NCBI GenBank assembly: GCA_041946805.1
Contig: JBHGBC010000039.1
Span: 1-41,710, forward strand
Source of the DNA: a bacterium
Lineage (GTDB): Bacteria > Hinthialibacterota > Hinthialibacteria > Hinthialibacterales > Hinthialibacteraceae
Direction of reading: 5' to 3'
Length of the DNA: 41,710 nucleotides
This document shows, one piece after another, positions 27,522 to 37,920 of the stretch. The translations under genes and the position numbers were made by a program. The notes below the pieces were generated by a model. The model searched no databases. It saw only the letters and a program-made list of their open reading frames with translations, and was not told the DNA's origin. How positions within the stretch are numbered: position 1 is the first letter of the stretch; every line of letters starts with the position of its first letter.

Positions 27522-29366
27522 TCACGGCGTTTTGACCACTTTCACCGACCACGCATCCATGGCCGGGACGGGTACCGTGGTCCCCGGGAAATGGACCCGT
27601 TGCGCGAACGGTTCAGGCGACAGGTTCACTAACAGGTTTTGCGCCCGCTTGCCTTCTTCCAGATGCACGAACACGAGACCGGAATGCACCGGGCGGATGA
27701 TCGGCGCCGCGCCGGATCCCGCGAAGATAAACCAGGCCAGCTCGTTTTTGAATGGAACACGCAGCCGGACCGCGCCGTCCACCATGGCCAGATCGGGCAG
27801 CGAAGCCGGGAAAAACAGCCGGGCGCCTGTCCCTTTGAAATTGATTCCCGTGGTCTCCACCTGGTCGGCCGGAGCGCACACATCCGGATTTTGAATCCAA
27901 TCCGCCTGGGCCGCTCCCGCCGGCTGACGGAAAATCACAATCGTCTCGTTTTCCGTGAATAGATAAGCTGCCGCTTCTTCCCCGTAGGGAACCAGCACCG
28001 CGTCCACGCCGCTTCCCACATGGCAATGGTGATACAACGCGCCGTCCGTGCCCGGCTCCGCGTCCACCCGGCGGCTGTCGAAGCCGATGCCCGCGATTCC
28101 CGAAGCCGAACGCCGCGTGGGAAAGATCAGGGGAGGGCCGCCCTGGTACGTCCAGGCCTGAATCCCCTTGATAGACGAAGGCCCCTTGAGATACACGGCG
28201 GTTTGATAATTCTTCCCAGCCAGCACGTACAGGGCTTGGTCCTTCAACGCGCAAATTTGCACATACGGCGGGTAGGGGATTTCTTTCAAATCAGCCGGCC
28301 GTTCGTGATACTGCGCGCCCAGCAAAAACGTGTATCCCCCGCCGTCCAGCGTGAAGCCCGCGGGTAAGTCGATCAGCGCCTCCAGGTACCGCGTGGCGGT
28401 CTGCGCGAAATAGGGCTGGCTGACCGAGTAATAGGCCAGCGGACCCAGCAGTGTGGCTACATTGGCGCGCAGCCGTACCAGGGGATACCGCTCCATTCCA
28501 ATCAACGGCACCGCCCGGTACGAGTACAACCGCGTGAACCATTCCAGGCAAGCGGTCAACGGGCCGTCCAACGCCGGGTCGTTCCGAATCAGCCGGAACA
28601 GGAACAACGACCGGATGAACCGCGCGGCCTGGACGAGATCGAGGTTCCCGCCTTCCCAGATCTCGCCGCCCGGGCCGATCATCGGCTGGAGCCATTCGAA
28701 CACCCGGCCCGCCGCCTCGCTGTACTTTTTTTCTTTATTTCCCAGGACTTGCGACCCGAGCGCCAGGGTTCCGCACCACGCCATCGCATCCGTGGAGGGC
28801 GTGCGGGGGCTCTGCAGCAGCAAGGCTTCCAACGCCCGTTGCAGCCAGGCTTTGTATTTGGCCCGGTCTGTCTCCTTGAAGGCTTGTCCCGCCCGGGCGT
28901 ACGCGAACAGAAGCGGCTCCAGGTGAGCCGCCAAGGCCGCGCCCTCCAGGGGCTTGCCCAAAACCGGGATCCGCCCCGGATTCCCTCCGGCCGCCTGCCA
29001 ATAGTTCCGGGTGATCGTCTCGATGGCCGTGAACACCAGCGCGTTTTGATAATACTTGGAGGAGGGCAGGGAATAGGCGAAGGCCATCGCACCCGCCAGT
29101 TCGGCGGTGCGCGGCGAGGGGAGCCGGCCGTCGGCAGGCAACAGGGGATTGGCCGGATCGGAGGGGAGTGGCAGCACGCCGGTAGCCGCGTCCAGGAATT
29201 TCAACGCCTCCTGGATGTCGCGGTCCAGCATGGCGATGTACAATTCCGCGATTTTACCCTCATGGGGTTGGATCGCGATGCCCGCCGGTTCCGAGGCCGC
29301 CATGCCCTCCAGCGCGATGAAAAAAACAAACCCCCAGTACCAGCCAAGGTGTCGAATCAGCTTCAT
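27522..29366 (-). CDS. Exported hypothetical protein (helical N-half, beta-rich C-half; possibly lyase/hydrolase-like)
   Basis: 614-aa ORF with GGAAGG-like RBS, signal peptide and host-like codon usage; no family motif recognised. Confidence 0.7.
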   Translation of the reverse strand: MKLIRHLGWYWGFVFFIALEGMAASEPAGIAIQPHEGKIAELYIAMLDRDIQEALKFLDAATGVLPLPSDPANPLLPADGRLPSPRTAELAGAMAFAYSLPSSKYYQNALVFTAIETITRNYWQAAGGNPGRIPVLGKPLEGAALAAHLEPLLFAYARAGQAFKETDRAKYKAWLQRALEALLLQSPRTPSTDAMAWCGTLALGSQVLGNKEKKYSEAAGRVFEWLQPMIGPGGEIWEGGNLDLVQAARFIRSLFLFRLIRNDPALDGPLTACLEWFTRLYSYRAVPLIGMERYPLVRLRANVATLLGPLAYYSVSQPYFAQTATRYLEALIDLPAGFTLDGGGYTFLLGAQYHERPADLKEIPYPPYVQICALKDQALYVLAGKNYQTAVYLKGPSSIKGIQAWTYQGGPPLIFPTRRSASGIAGIGFDSRRVDAEPGTDGALYHHCHVGSGVDAVLVPYGEEAAAYLFTENETIVIFRQPAGAAQADWIQNPDVCAPADQVETTGINFKGTGARLFFPASLPDLAMVDGAVRLRVPFKNELAWFIFAGSGAAPIIRPVHSGLVFVHLEEGKRAQNLLVNLSPEPFAQRVHFPGTTVPVPAMDAWSVKVVKTP

Positions 29367-29499
29367 TCCGCCTTCGGAAATCTTCGTGGGATGAACCGGT
29401 TTCCCGCGCCGGAATTGGATCCGGTTTCGAAAACCGGATATTGAACAATCCCGGCGTTCTTATATCATACTACCATCCTTCCGGGAAAGAGATGAGGGA

Positions 29500-31986
29500 A
29501 TGCGTCGGTCGACCGGCCTCCTGGTATCGTCAATCCTTGTAGTGGGGGTGCTTGGCTCCTGCGGGGGACCGTCCTCCAACGCGCCCAAACCGGTTTTGCA
29601 TTTGTTTTCCGATGCCCGCGTGGCCGCCTCGGAAAATATTCTGCAACTCTCGGCGGAAAACGAAAAACTGAAATCGATCCTCACCTACCCGCACGACGAC
29701 GCCCTGTGGGTGGTTCCCTGGCAGGGCCGGCCGGCCTTGCGCTTCGAGAGCACCGTGGCCGGCGATCTGCGCGGCTCCTTCTATCTCTTCCGGGATGTGG
29801 AAAAACCGGACTTCCGCCTGCGCCTCGCTTCCTGGCTGGATGACTCCATCCCCGAATGCTGGACCGGCGTGCTCTTCGGCATGCAGCCCAAGATCGACCG
29901 GGCCCTCGGCGTGCGCTGGCGCGTCCTCAACGCCAAGAAACAGCTCGAGGTCCAAATCTTTTTCTACAACCGGCCGGAACTGAGCCCCCTCATCGGCCGC
30001 GTCTTCGCTTATGACCATCCCCACTGGGCGGATATCGAACTGTCCGTGCAGGGCAAGGTCATCCAATTCCACATTGACGGGAAGGAGGTGCTGGCGGGCG
30101 ACGTCCCCCAGGATTGGCAGGCGGGCACCTACATGGGCTTTTACCAGGGCATGGGGATCGGGTATTTTGCCGGACTCTCCATCGACACGGGCGGCGCGCC
30201 CATCTCCTACGACGAACTCTTCGATCACTGGAACGAAGAGATGGTCCACACCACCCGCAAGGTGCTCCTCGAAAGTTTTACCGCGCCCGATGAATTCACC
30301 AATAAGGAAATCCCCATCCGCCGCCTGGCCATTGCCGGCGAGTGGCGCACCGTCGTGCCGGTGCTGTGTCCCAGCCAATTGGTCTTCGAGGTCCGTGTTC
30401 CAGACAACGCCCAAATGCACGTGGGTTATGGCGTTCTGCCGCCCTTCACCATCGCTTCCGTCACCGCCGAGTTCCAGGTTTTGGTTTTTGATAAAGAGAA
30501 AGGCCAGGAAACGCTGCTCGCCTCCCGGGCGCTGAATCCCCGCGGCGGCGGGGTCAGCGATTTCAGGTATCGCGATTTTCATCTCTCCCTGCGCGAGTTC
30601 GCCGGGCGGGACGTGTTCCTGCGCCTCAAGGTAGTCCGCCAGAACGGCGAGGAACCCCTGGTGGCCTGCTGGTCCGAACCGGTCATCGCCACCGCGCCCG
30701 CGCCCCAATCCATGAACGTGCTTTTCATGATGCTCGACACCCTCCGCGCCGACCGCGTGGGGGTGTACGGCAATCCCCGGGGACTTACACCCCATATCGA
30801 CCAACTGGCCCGGAATGGCTCCGTGTTCCTCAACACCATCGCCCAGGCTCCCTGGACGACGCCCTCGCACGCCTCGCTCTTCACCAGTCTTTATCCCTCC
30901 GAGACCAACTGCGCCAACGCCGCCACTCAAGGCAATGTGTTGCAGGAAGGCTACGTGACTTGGGCCGAATACTTCCAGCGCAACGGGTACAGCACCGCCG
31001 CCTTCACGTCGGGCATTCAAATCCGCGGCGCGGTTGGTTTTCATCAGGGTTTCGATCTGTATCAGGATGTTGAATACGACAAGGCCTACAGCCTGGAAAC
31101 GATTTACGAACGCCTGCGCGAATGGCTTGATCACCATGAAACCGAGCCATGGTTCCTTTTCGCTCATACCTACGCGGTCCACTTTCCCTACAAGCATCAA
31201 CAATACGTGGATTACCGCGCCATTCCCCGGGACTGGAACGATCAGATCCGGATCGACCGCGACACCTACGACGGCGGGGCCCGCTTCGCCGATGAATGGG
31301 TGGGGATTCTGCTGCGCGAGCTGAAGGACCGGGGCCTGTTCGATTCCACTCTCATCATCATCGCGTCCGACCATGGCGAGGATCTCGGCGAGCGCGAAAT
31401 GCCCCGGCCCGCGCAGCACGGCCACGCCCTCTATGATGAACAATTGAAGGTTCCGCTGATCCTCCACTATCCGCCCAAAATTCCGCCGGGCAAAACGGTC
31501 ACCAAGCAAGTCCGCCTGCTCGACCTGCTCCCCACGGTGCTGGACCTGCAGGGCTGGCCGCAGCCCGTGGCCTCGCACGGCCTCAGCCTGCTGCCCCTGT
31601 TGCGGGATGAAAAGGAAGACGAGCGCTTCGCCTTCAGCGAGGGTATGACCTACGGCGTCGCCCAGGTCGCCGTGCGCACCCATACCCATAAACTGATCCT
31701 GACTCCCGACCCCAACGCCCGGCTGGACGACACGCCGAATAAAATCCCCGTCCCGCCCCGCGAGCCGCTGTATCTTTTCGATTTGATTCAGGATCCGGGA
31801 GAGAAAGTCAACCTGGCCGCCAGCCGGCCGGAAAAGGTCAAGGAATTGACGCGGATCCTGGATTTCATCCGCCAGGGATCATTCAAACCCGAGTTTTTCA
31901 CCGAGGGGACCGTGGTCCGCGAACTGCCGCAAATCTCGCCGCAGCTGCTCGAGGAGATGCTCAACGCCGGCTACGTGGCGAAATGA
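29500..31986 (+). CDS. Sulfatase-like lipoprotein with N-terminal beta-sandwich domains
   Basis: Lipobox-like LGSC; NVLFMMLDTLRADR, APWTTPSHASLFTSLYP, HTYAVHFPY, SDHGE, HGHALYDEQLKVPLI, DLLPTVLDL, FDLIQDPGE. Confidence 0.9.
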   Translation: MRRSTGLLVSSILVVGVLGSCGGPSSNAPKPVLHLFSDARVAASENILQLSAENEKLKSILTYPHDDALWVVPWQGRPALRFESTVAGDLRGSFYLFRDVEKPDFRLRLASWLDDSIPECWTGVLFGMQPKIDRALGVRWRVLNAKKQLEVQIFFYNRPELSPLIGRVFAYDHPHWADIELSVQGKVIQFHIDGKEVLAGDVPQDWQAGTYMGFYQGMGIGYFAGLSIDTGGAPISYDELFDHWNEEMVHTTRKVLLESFTAPDEFTNKEIPIRRLAIAGEWRTVVPVLCPSQLVFEVRVPDNAQMHVGYGVLPPFTIASVTAEFQVLVFDKEKGQETLLASRALNPRGGGVSDFRYRDFHLSLREFAGRDVFLRLKVVRQNGEEPLVACWSEPVIATAPAPQSMNVLFMMLDTLRADRVGVYGNPRGLTPHIDQLARNGSVFLNTIAQAPWTTPSHASLFTSLYPSETNCANAATQGNVLQEGYVTWAEYFQRNGYSTAAFTSGIQIRGAVGFHQGFDLYQDVEYDKAYSLETIYERLREWLDHHETEPWFLFAHTYAVHFPYKHQQYVDYRAIPRDWNDQIRIDRDTYDGGARFADEWVGILLRELKDRGLFDSTLIIIASDHGEDLGEREMPRPAQHGHALYDEQLKVPLILHYPPKIPPGKTVTKQVRLLDLLPTVLDLQGWPQPVASHGLSLLPLLRDEKEDERFAFSEGMTYGVAQVAVRTHTHKLILTPDPNARLDDTPNKIPVPPREPLYLFDLIQDPGEKVNLAASRPEKVKELTRILDFIRQGSFKPEFFTEGTVVRELPQISPQLLEEMLNAGYVAK

Positions 31987-32035
31987 AAACGATTCTGGCC
32001 TCGAGGTTCGGGGGAATTTAAGAGGGGATTGTAAA

Positions 32036-32300
32036 AATAAGGTTCATCCGGCAATTGCGTATATGATGGCCGAAATCGCGTTTCAACCATTCCATTACGC
32101 CGAGCCGTAGAGGAAAAATAACTATCTTCAGAAGCAGTATATGGAGCTAATCGAGGGGGATGACGCGGAAGAAAGGCGTTCCCTCACCCTGGCCCTCTCC
32201 CGGAGGGAGAGGGGATAGGATTGATCTCTCCGGTCCCCGGGATGGGCTATCGATCCCTCCTTCACCGTAAAAGGCACGCACTTTCCGGATGAACCTTATT
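32036..32300. mobile_element. MITE-like element, TIR family GGTTCATCCGG, containing a family A hairpin
   Basis: 32036-32061 vs reverse complement of 32275-32300 match 23/26; core 32040-32296 is flanked by TA on both sides; abuts the stop codon of the downstream gene. Confidence 0.75.
32181..32213 (+). repeat. REP-like hairpin family A, copy 6
   Basis: CCCTCACCCTGGCCCTCTCCCGGAGGGAGAGGG. Confidence 0.9.
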
Positions 32301-33471
32301 ACTTCTCCAAATCCGGCTTCTGTTTCGTGTAGGTCCGGGTGGCTTCCATTTTGACATCCGAATCGACCGCCATGTTGCCCGGCATGGTCATGGAAACCTG
32401 GATGCCGCTGGTTTCATCCGCGGTCGACAGGCGGCCTGATTCGATCAGAAAGCGGGATTTCATCACCTGGTTCAAGGCCATGCTGTGGATCGTGATTTTT
32501 TGCCCGGCGTATTGCGGTAAACCGCCGCCGATGCCCAATTTCTTGGGATCCACGGATAAGTCCTTAAGGCGCATGCTGGTTTTTGTGGTGATGAGCGCCA
32601 CTTTCGCGCCGTCCTCGAGGATCACATCGTCCAGAACCGATTCGATGTGAAACACGACCGGTTCCGTACCGCCGGGGTTGTCATATTTCACTTCCTCGGT
32701 CCAGGTTTCGCCCACCGCCACGGCCTGTTTGGGCAGAATCGTGAACAAAAACTGGCCGATTTGCTCGGCCGTGGAAACCGCGCCTTCCTCCAACGTGGCT
32801 TTCAGGAAGCTTTCACCGGAAATGAGCACGCCCCGGGGGTCGTATTCGAACGTCTGCACTTGGTTCTTGACTTGACTGGTCTGATCTTTTTTCCGCTGAT
32901 TGGCGCCGATCTGGACCACCGTCGTAAACAGGTTGGTCCCCAGATCGATGACGGCGGCCCCTTCCGCGTTGACCTCCTTCGTCAGGAGGGTCTTGACGAT
33001 ATGGATCTGGTTCCCCGCGGCGATTTCCACTTTACCGGTTTTCGTTTTGATCTGCCCGCTCGCGTTGTAGACGAGGTAACTGATCTCGTTTTTGGTGTAT
33101 TGGTAGCGGAGGGTGAATTTCTCCCCGGGCTTGGCCGCGCTTTTCGTCTCGGCCGCGGGTGTGACGGGAAGTTTGTTTTTCCGCTTCAAATATTCCTGGT
33201 ACACCGCGTTGGCGGGTCCGTATTGGGCGATGAATTGCTTGTCCTCGGCCGGCGTGCGCTGCAGGATTTCGATCGCGTCCAGCCCTTTCACCAGCACGTT
33301 GTCCCGCGTCATGATCGTGATCGAAGCGGCGTCTTCCTCCAGGATCGCGCCCTCGAGTTTCGCGTACGCCTCGGGCATGTTCTTCAGCCGGAACGTGGAT
33401 GAAAACGCCGCGCCCGCGCTCAATACCGTCACCACCAACAATCCGGTTGCGATCCACTTTCCCGTTTTCAT
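32299..33471 (-). CDS. Exported hypothetical protein, beta-rich (DUF6263-like pattern)
   Basis: GAGAGGA RBS, signal peptide, FTLRYQY and LPKQAVAVGETW motifs. Confidence 0.7.
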   Translation of the reverse strand: MKTGKWIATGLLVVTVLSAGAAFSSTFRLKNMPEAYAKLEGAILEEDAASITIMTRDNVLVKGLDAIEILQRTPAEDKQFIAQYGPANAVYQEYLKRKNKLPVTPAAETKSAAKPGEKFTLRYQYTKNEISYLVYNASGQIKTKTGKVEIAAGNQIHIVKTLLTKEVNAEGAAVIDLGTNLFTTVVQIGANQRKKDQTSQVKNQVQTFEYDPRGVLISGESFLKATLEEGAVSTAEQIGQFLFTILPKQAVAVGETWTEEVKYDNPGGTEPVVFHIESVLDDVILEDGAKVALITTKTSMRLKDLSVDPKKLGIGGGLPQYAGQKITIHSMALNQVMKSRFLIESGRLSTADETSGIQVSMTMPGNMAVDSDVKMEATRTYTKQKPDLEK

Positions 33472-33586
33472 GCGTGCTTCCTCTCTTCCTGTTGAATGGG
33501 GCGGGCCGCCTAACCTCAGCCGGCTCGAGGCCGCGATCTTGATTGCATAGAACTGCCTGATTCCGCGTGGATTGTCAATCCGGGTG

Positions 33587-34870
33587 TCATCCCATGGCGC
33601 TGGAATCCCGTAACACCGTTTTCAATTCCTCCCAACCATCCGTCCAGGGAATCTCTTGCTGCGTTCCCTGTTTCAGGTCTTTCAAAACAAGGATCTGTTT
33701 CTCGATCTCGTTGTCTCCGATCACCGCCGCGTAACGCGCCCCCAGTTTGTCCGCCGCCTGGAATTGCTTGCGCAGCGATTTGCCCGTGTAATCCCGGTCG
33801 CAGCGGAAGCCGTCCCGGCGCAGCGCCAGCAGCAGTTTGCCCCCTTCGCGCGCCGCCCGTTCGCCCATCGTGACGACGAACAGATCCAGCCCGGCGGGGA
33901 CGGCCGGCTCCTTGCCGGTTTCCTTCAGGATCAGCATTAGCCGCTCCATCCCCGCGCCGAAGCCGATGCCCGGCGTGGGCGGCCCGTCCAGGTATTCGGT
34001 CAATCCGTCATAGCGGCCGCCGCCCATCAGCACGCCCTGCGATCCCAGCGGCGCGTAACTCATCTCGAAGGCCGTGCGTGTGTAATAATCCAGCCCCCGA
34101 ACCAGTTTCGGGTTTTCCACGTACCGGATGCCGAACGCCTCCAGCCCTTCCCGCAGCGCCGCGAAGTGCGGCTCGCATTCGCCGCAGAGATGATGCCGCA
34201 GCAGGGGGGCGTCTTTCAGCCACTCCTGGCATTTCTCTTCCTTGCAGTCGAACATGCGCAGGGGATTCACCTCAAAGCGGCGGTGGCAATCCGCGCAGAA
34301 TTGATCGAGAAGCGGCGTGGCCCATTGCACGAAGATTTCCCGGTGCGGCGGGCGGCATTTCGGGCACCCCACGCTGTTGATCTGCAGGTCCAATTCGCTC
34401 AATCCCAGCCCGCTGTAAAACTGGTTCAGCATCACCAGGATTTCCACGTCGATGTCCGGACCCGGCGCGCCGAACACTTCGCAGCCGTACTGCACGTGCT
34501 GGCGGAAGCGGCCCTTCTGCTTGCGTTCGTACCGGAACATGGGCGCCAGGTAAAACAGTTTGGTCACGCCCGGGCTTTTTTGCGCCAGCCCGTTCTCGAT
34601 GTACGCGCGCACGACGCTGGCGGTCCCCTCCGGGCGAAGCGTTAAACTGCGGCCCCCCCGGTCCTCGAACGTATACATTTCCTTGGCGACGATGTCGCTC
34701 GCTTCGCCCACTCCCCGCTTGAACAGATCGGTGTATTCGAAAATCGGCGTCCGGATTTCGCCATAGTTGTAACTCCGGAACCAGGCGCGGATCCGGTCTT
34801 CCAGCATCGACCACACCGCCGCCTCCTCCGGCGTCAAATCGTAGGTGCCAATGGGGCGCTGGATTTTCAT
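33587..34870 (-). CDS. hisS: Histidine--tRNA ligase
   Basis: RPIGTYD, EIRTPIFE, LRPEGTASVVRA, FRYERKQKGRFRQHVQ, LVRGLDYYTRT, GGGRYDGL, GFGAGMERL; start at MKIQRP. Confidence 0.98.
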   Translation of the reverse strand: MKIQRPIGTYDLTPEEAAVWSMLEDRIRAWFRSYNYGEIRTPIFEYTDLFKRGVGEASDIVAKEMYTFEDRGGRSLTLRPEGTASVVRAYIENGLAQKSPGVTKLFYLAPMFRYERKQKGRFRQHVQYGCEVFGAPGPDIDVEILVMLNQFYSGLGLSELDLQINSVGCPKCRPPHREIFVQWATPLLDQFCADCHRRFEVNPLRMFDCKEEKCQEWLKDAPLLRHHLCGECEPHFAALREGLEAFGIRYVENPKLVRGLDYYTRTAFEMSYAPLGSQGVLMGGGRYDGLTEYLDGPPTPGIGFGAGMERLMLILKETGKEPAVPAGLDLFVVTMGERAAREGGKLLLALRRDGFRCDRDYTGKSLRKQFQAADKLGARYAAVIGDNEIEKQILVLKDLKQGTQQEIPWTDGWEELKTVLRDSSAMG

Positions 34871-35317
34871 GGAATTTTCGTGTGCGTCCTCCTGCTTGAT
34901 ATCATGAACTCTCATCGTAACTGAAGCGCGGTCACGCGCAAGCATGGTACATGGAAGATGTACGCCGCTCAATGCGCCGCGCCGCCCCTGCCTGGTGGAA
35001 TCCAGGGAGTTGCGCCGCGGAAGTCCTGTAGATTGGATCGATCCACAAAAAACCGCAATCCTGCCGAAACTCCTTCCGGGGACGGCCTGGCGGCAGCCCG
35101 GGATTTTCAACCTGGAGCATTATCACCCGCCGGAAAATGTATCCCGCCGGCTCCCCAACCCGGCGCCTTCCATTTTCTCCGCGCCCCGGCGATGAAACAC
35201 GGGAGGCTGAAAGCATCCCTTTTCGATCCATGCCATCCCTTTTAAGATCATCCTCGGATAGTCCGGTGTTCCCATCGGACTGCGACCATCCATGCGTGGA
35301 AAGGATCCCGGGGAGGC

Positions 35318-36358
35318 GTGAAAAAGGAGCCCCTGTTGAAGGTCATCGATCTGGTCAAGCATTTTCCCATCCGCAAGGGGGTGTTTGGCCGAATTGTCAA
35401 TCACGTCAAGGCCGTGGATGGGGTGTCGTTCACCATCCACCGGGGCGAAACCCTGGGCCTGGCGGGTGAAAGCGGCTGCGGCAAGACCACGGTGGGGCGC
35501 GTCATTCTCCGCCTGCTCGACGCCACCCGCGGCGAAGTTTATTTCAGCGACTCCCCCAATCTGCTGACCCTGAAGCAAAAAGAAATGCGGCCCTACCGCA
35601 AGAAGATGCAGATCATCTTCCAGGACCCCTATTCCTCCCTCAATCCCCGGTTGATGGTGGGCGGCGCCCTGAGTGAGCCGATCCAGGTATTCAAACTGAC
35701 CGCGTCCCGCGAGGAAACCCGGAAGCGTTGCGTGGAACTGCTGAACTGGGTGGGATTGGAAGAGCCGCATCTGTCCCGCTATCCCCACGAGTTTTCCGGC
35801 GGCCAGCGCCAGCGCGTCGGCATCGCCCGCGCGCTGTCCGTGCAACCCGAGCTGATCATCGCCGACGAACCGGTCTCCGCCCTCGACGTTTCCATTCAGG
35901 GCCAGATCATCAACTTGCTGATGGACCTGAAGGAACGGCTGGGACTCAGTTACCTCTTCGTGGCGCACGATCTCTCCGTGGTGCGGCACATCAGCGACCG
36001 CGTGGCCATCATGTACCTGGGCCGCATCGTCGAACTGGCCGAAACCGGGCCGCTTTTCCAAGCCCCCAAGCATCCCTACACCCGCGCCCTGCTGGAGGCG
36101 GTGCCCGTGCCGGATCCCTTCACCCAGAAAAAGCGCATCCTCCTCGAGGGCGACGTGCCCAATCCCATCGATCCCCCGAGCGGCTGCCATTTTCATCCCC
36201 GCTGCCTTTACCGTTTCGAGCCGTGTGACAAGGAGGATCCGCGGCTGATCCAAATCGGCGAGCGCACGGTCGCCTGCCACCTGTACGATCCGCGGCACAA
36301 CGACTCTATCCCTGAGACCATCCTGGACGTTCCGCCGCCCGCGAAACCATCTGTGTGA
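35318..36358 (+). CDS. Oligopeptide/dipeptide ABC transporter ATP-binding protein (OppF/AppF-like)
   Basis: [65 protein letters not shown]. Confidence 0.95.
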   Translation: MKKEPLLKVIDLVKHFPIRKGVFGRIVNHVKAVDGVSFTIHRGETLGLAGESGCGKTTVGRVILRLLDATRGEVYFSDSPNLLTLKQKEMRPYRKKMQIIFQDPYSSLNPRLMVGGALSEPIQVFKLTASREETRKRCVELLNWVGLEEPHLSRYPHEFSGGQRQRVGIARALSVQPELIIADEPVSALDVSIQGQIINLLMDLKERLGLSYLFVAHDLSVVRHISDRVAIMYLGRIVELAETGPLFQAPKHPYTRALLEAVPVPDPFTQKKRILLEGDVPNPIDPPSGCHFHPRCLYRFEPCDKEDPRLIQIGERTVACHLYDPRHNDSIPETILDVPPPAKPSV

Positions 36359-36359
36359 C

Positions 36360-37877
36360 ATGGCCATGTCTGCCAAGGCCCAATCCCTTGGGGCGATCCT
36401 GCTGCTTGCCACCCTCATCCGGCTGGCGACCTTCCATTACGGGACCAACGTGGACGAAGGCGTGTACTGGTCGGAAGGCCGGCTGATCTATCAAGGCTAT
36501 TTTTTCTACCGCGATGTGCACCTGAACAAGCCTCCCCTGGTGTCGCTGGCGGCCGCCGCGTTTTTCCCCCTGGGGCCCGCGCCGATCTATCCCATGCGGT
36601 CGGTCATGCTGATTTTCAGCCTGCTGGGCCTGTACGCCGGCTATCTCGCCGCCCGCGAGCTGTTGGGTGAAAAAGCCGCCCGCGCCGCCCTGCTCATCCT
36701 CGCCTTGGAACCGTTTTCCGCCGTGTGGGCCAAGTATCTGCACACCTCCACCTGGTCCCCGTGGCTCGAGGCCGGGGTGGTTTGGCTCTTGGTATCCGGA
36801 TTGCGGTCCAACAGCACAAGGCGCGTGTTTCTTTCGGGCCTGGTTCTGGGTTTGTACGCGCTGAACAAGCAATCGGCCATCTTCATGATCCCCACGGGAA
36901 TCGCCGCCTGGATTTTGTTCTCCCCTGAAAAAAGCGCCTGGAGATTTGCGCGGGATGGATTCTGGTGGCTGCTGGGCATATTGCCCATCTGGATTCCCTT
37001 CTTGCTCACTGTCTGGCTGGGCGGGGCGTTTCCCGCGTTTCTCTATGATATCTGGACCGCCCATCACCGCCTGGCGGCCTTCTTCGCGGATCACACGCTG
37101 GCGTTCCGGCTGAACGAGTGGCGCTCCATCATCGCCCTCGCGCCGCTCCTGTGGTGGCTGCCGCTTGGCTCACTGGCGGGACTCGCGGGGAAGCGTTGGC
37201 AGGAAATCCTGTTCCTTTGGATTTGGTTCGGGGCGACCCTCTGGGGCAACGTTTTCTTCATTTCGCATCTCTGGAGGCATTATTTATTGGTCTGCATGCC
37301 TCCGGCGGCGATGCTGGCCGGATGGGTTTGGACGTGGATTATGGACCGGGTGGAAGCCCGGGCCGCGCGCGGCGGGTTCCATGTACCGATCCCCTGGATC
37401 ACCTCCGGCGGCTGGGTGATTCTGGGTTTGTTCATGCTGATTGGCTGGCCGAAGAACGATTGGACCTACCCCGGCCTGACGTTGACCGAGGAACGCAACC
37501 TGGCCCGCCACGTCGAACGCTACTGCCCGGAACCGTTTCTGCTCAACCTGACCAATCCCGCCCTGTATGTATGGACCGGCAAGGAGGTGCCGCCTTGCTT
37601 CCAGGACGGCCGCATGACCCGCATCCCCTATTTCATGACCCTCGCCGGGCGGGGTTACATGGACGCGGATGACATCGTCCAAACCGTGGAGTATTGGAAA
37701 ACCCTGCCCATCGGTTGCGCGGTGATCTACGACCGTTTCGCCCGCCAGATCGGGGACGATCCCCTGATGGAGCCGCTGAGACTCTGGCTGGAGCAAGCGT
37801 TCCAACCTCCCCGGCGCATCGGCATGGGCGATTCCTATTATGGCTGGTTTCTACTCTTCGAACGCAAGCGGGATTGA
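36360..37877 (+). CDS. GT-C fold membrane glycosyltransferase (ArnT/PMT-like)
   Basis: NVDEGVY after TM1, YRDVHLNKPPL, NKQ, many TM segments, HYLL. Confidence 0.82.
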   Translation: MAMSAKAQSLGAILLLATLIRLATFHYGTNVDEGVYWSEGRLIYQGYFFYRDVHLNKPPLVSLAAAAFFPLGPAPIYPMRSVMLIFSLLGLYAGYLAARELLGEKAARAALLILALEPFSAVWAKYLHTSTWSPWLEAGVVWLLVSGLRSNSTRRVFLSGLVLGLYALNKQSAIFMIPTGIAAWILFSPEKSAWRFARDGFWWLLGILPIWIPFLLTVWLGGAFPAFLYDIWTAHHRLAAFFADHTLAFRLNEWRSIIALAPLLWWLPLGSLAGLAGKRWQEILFLWIWFGATLWGNVFFISHLWRHYLLVCMPPAAMLAGWVWTWIMDRVEARAARGGFHVPIPWITSGGWVILGLFMLIGWPKNDWTYPGLTLTEERNLARHVERYCPEPFLLNLTNPALYVWTGKEVPPCFQDGRMTRIPYFMTLAGRGYMDADDIVQTVEYWKTLPIGCAVIYDRFARQIGDDPLMEPLRLWLEQAFQPPRRIGMGDSYYGWFLLFERKRD

Positions 37878-37920
37878 GTATCATCAACCAGAAATCCCAA
37901 TTCAAACAGGAGACCCTAAC

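Noticed and set aside
29530..31689. Long antisense ORFs (also 14534-16144, 3594-4973, 35123-36418, 20375-21802, 11676-12908)
   Set aside because: Shadows of well-supported genes on the opposite strand, expected in GC-rich DNA; no motifs
34871..35317. Possible T-box or His attenuator upstream of hisS, and the 507-aa extended start
   Set aside because: No T-box consensus or His-codon leader seen; homology begins at MKIQRP (34870)
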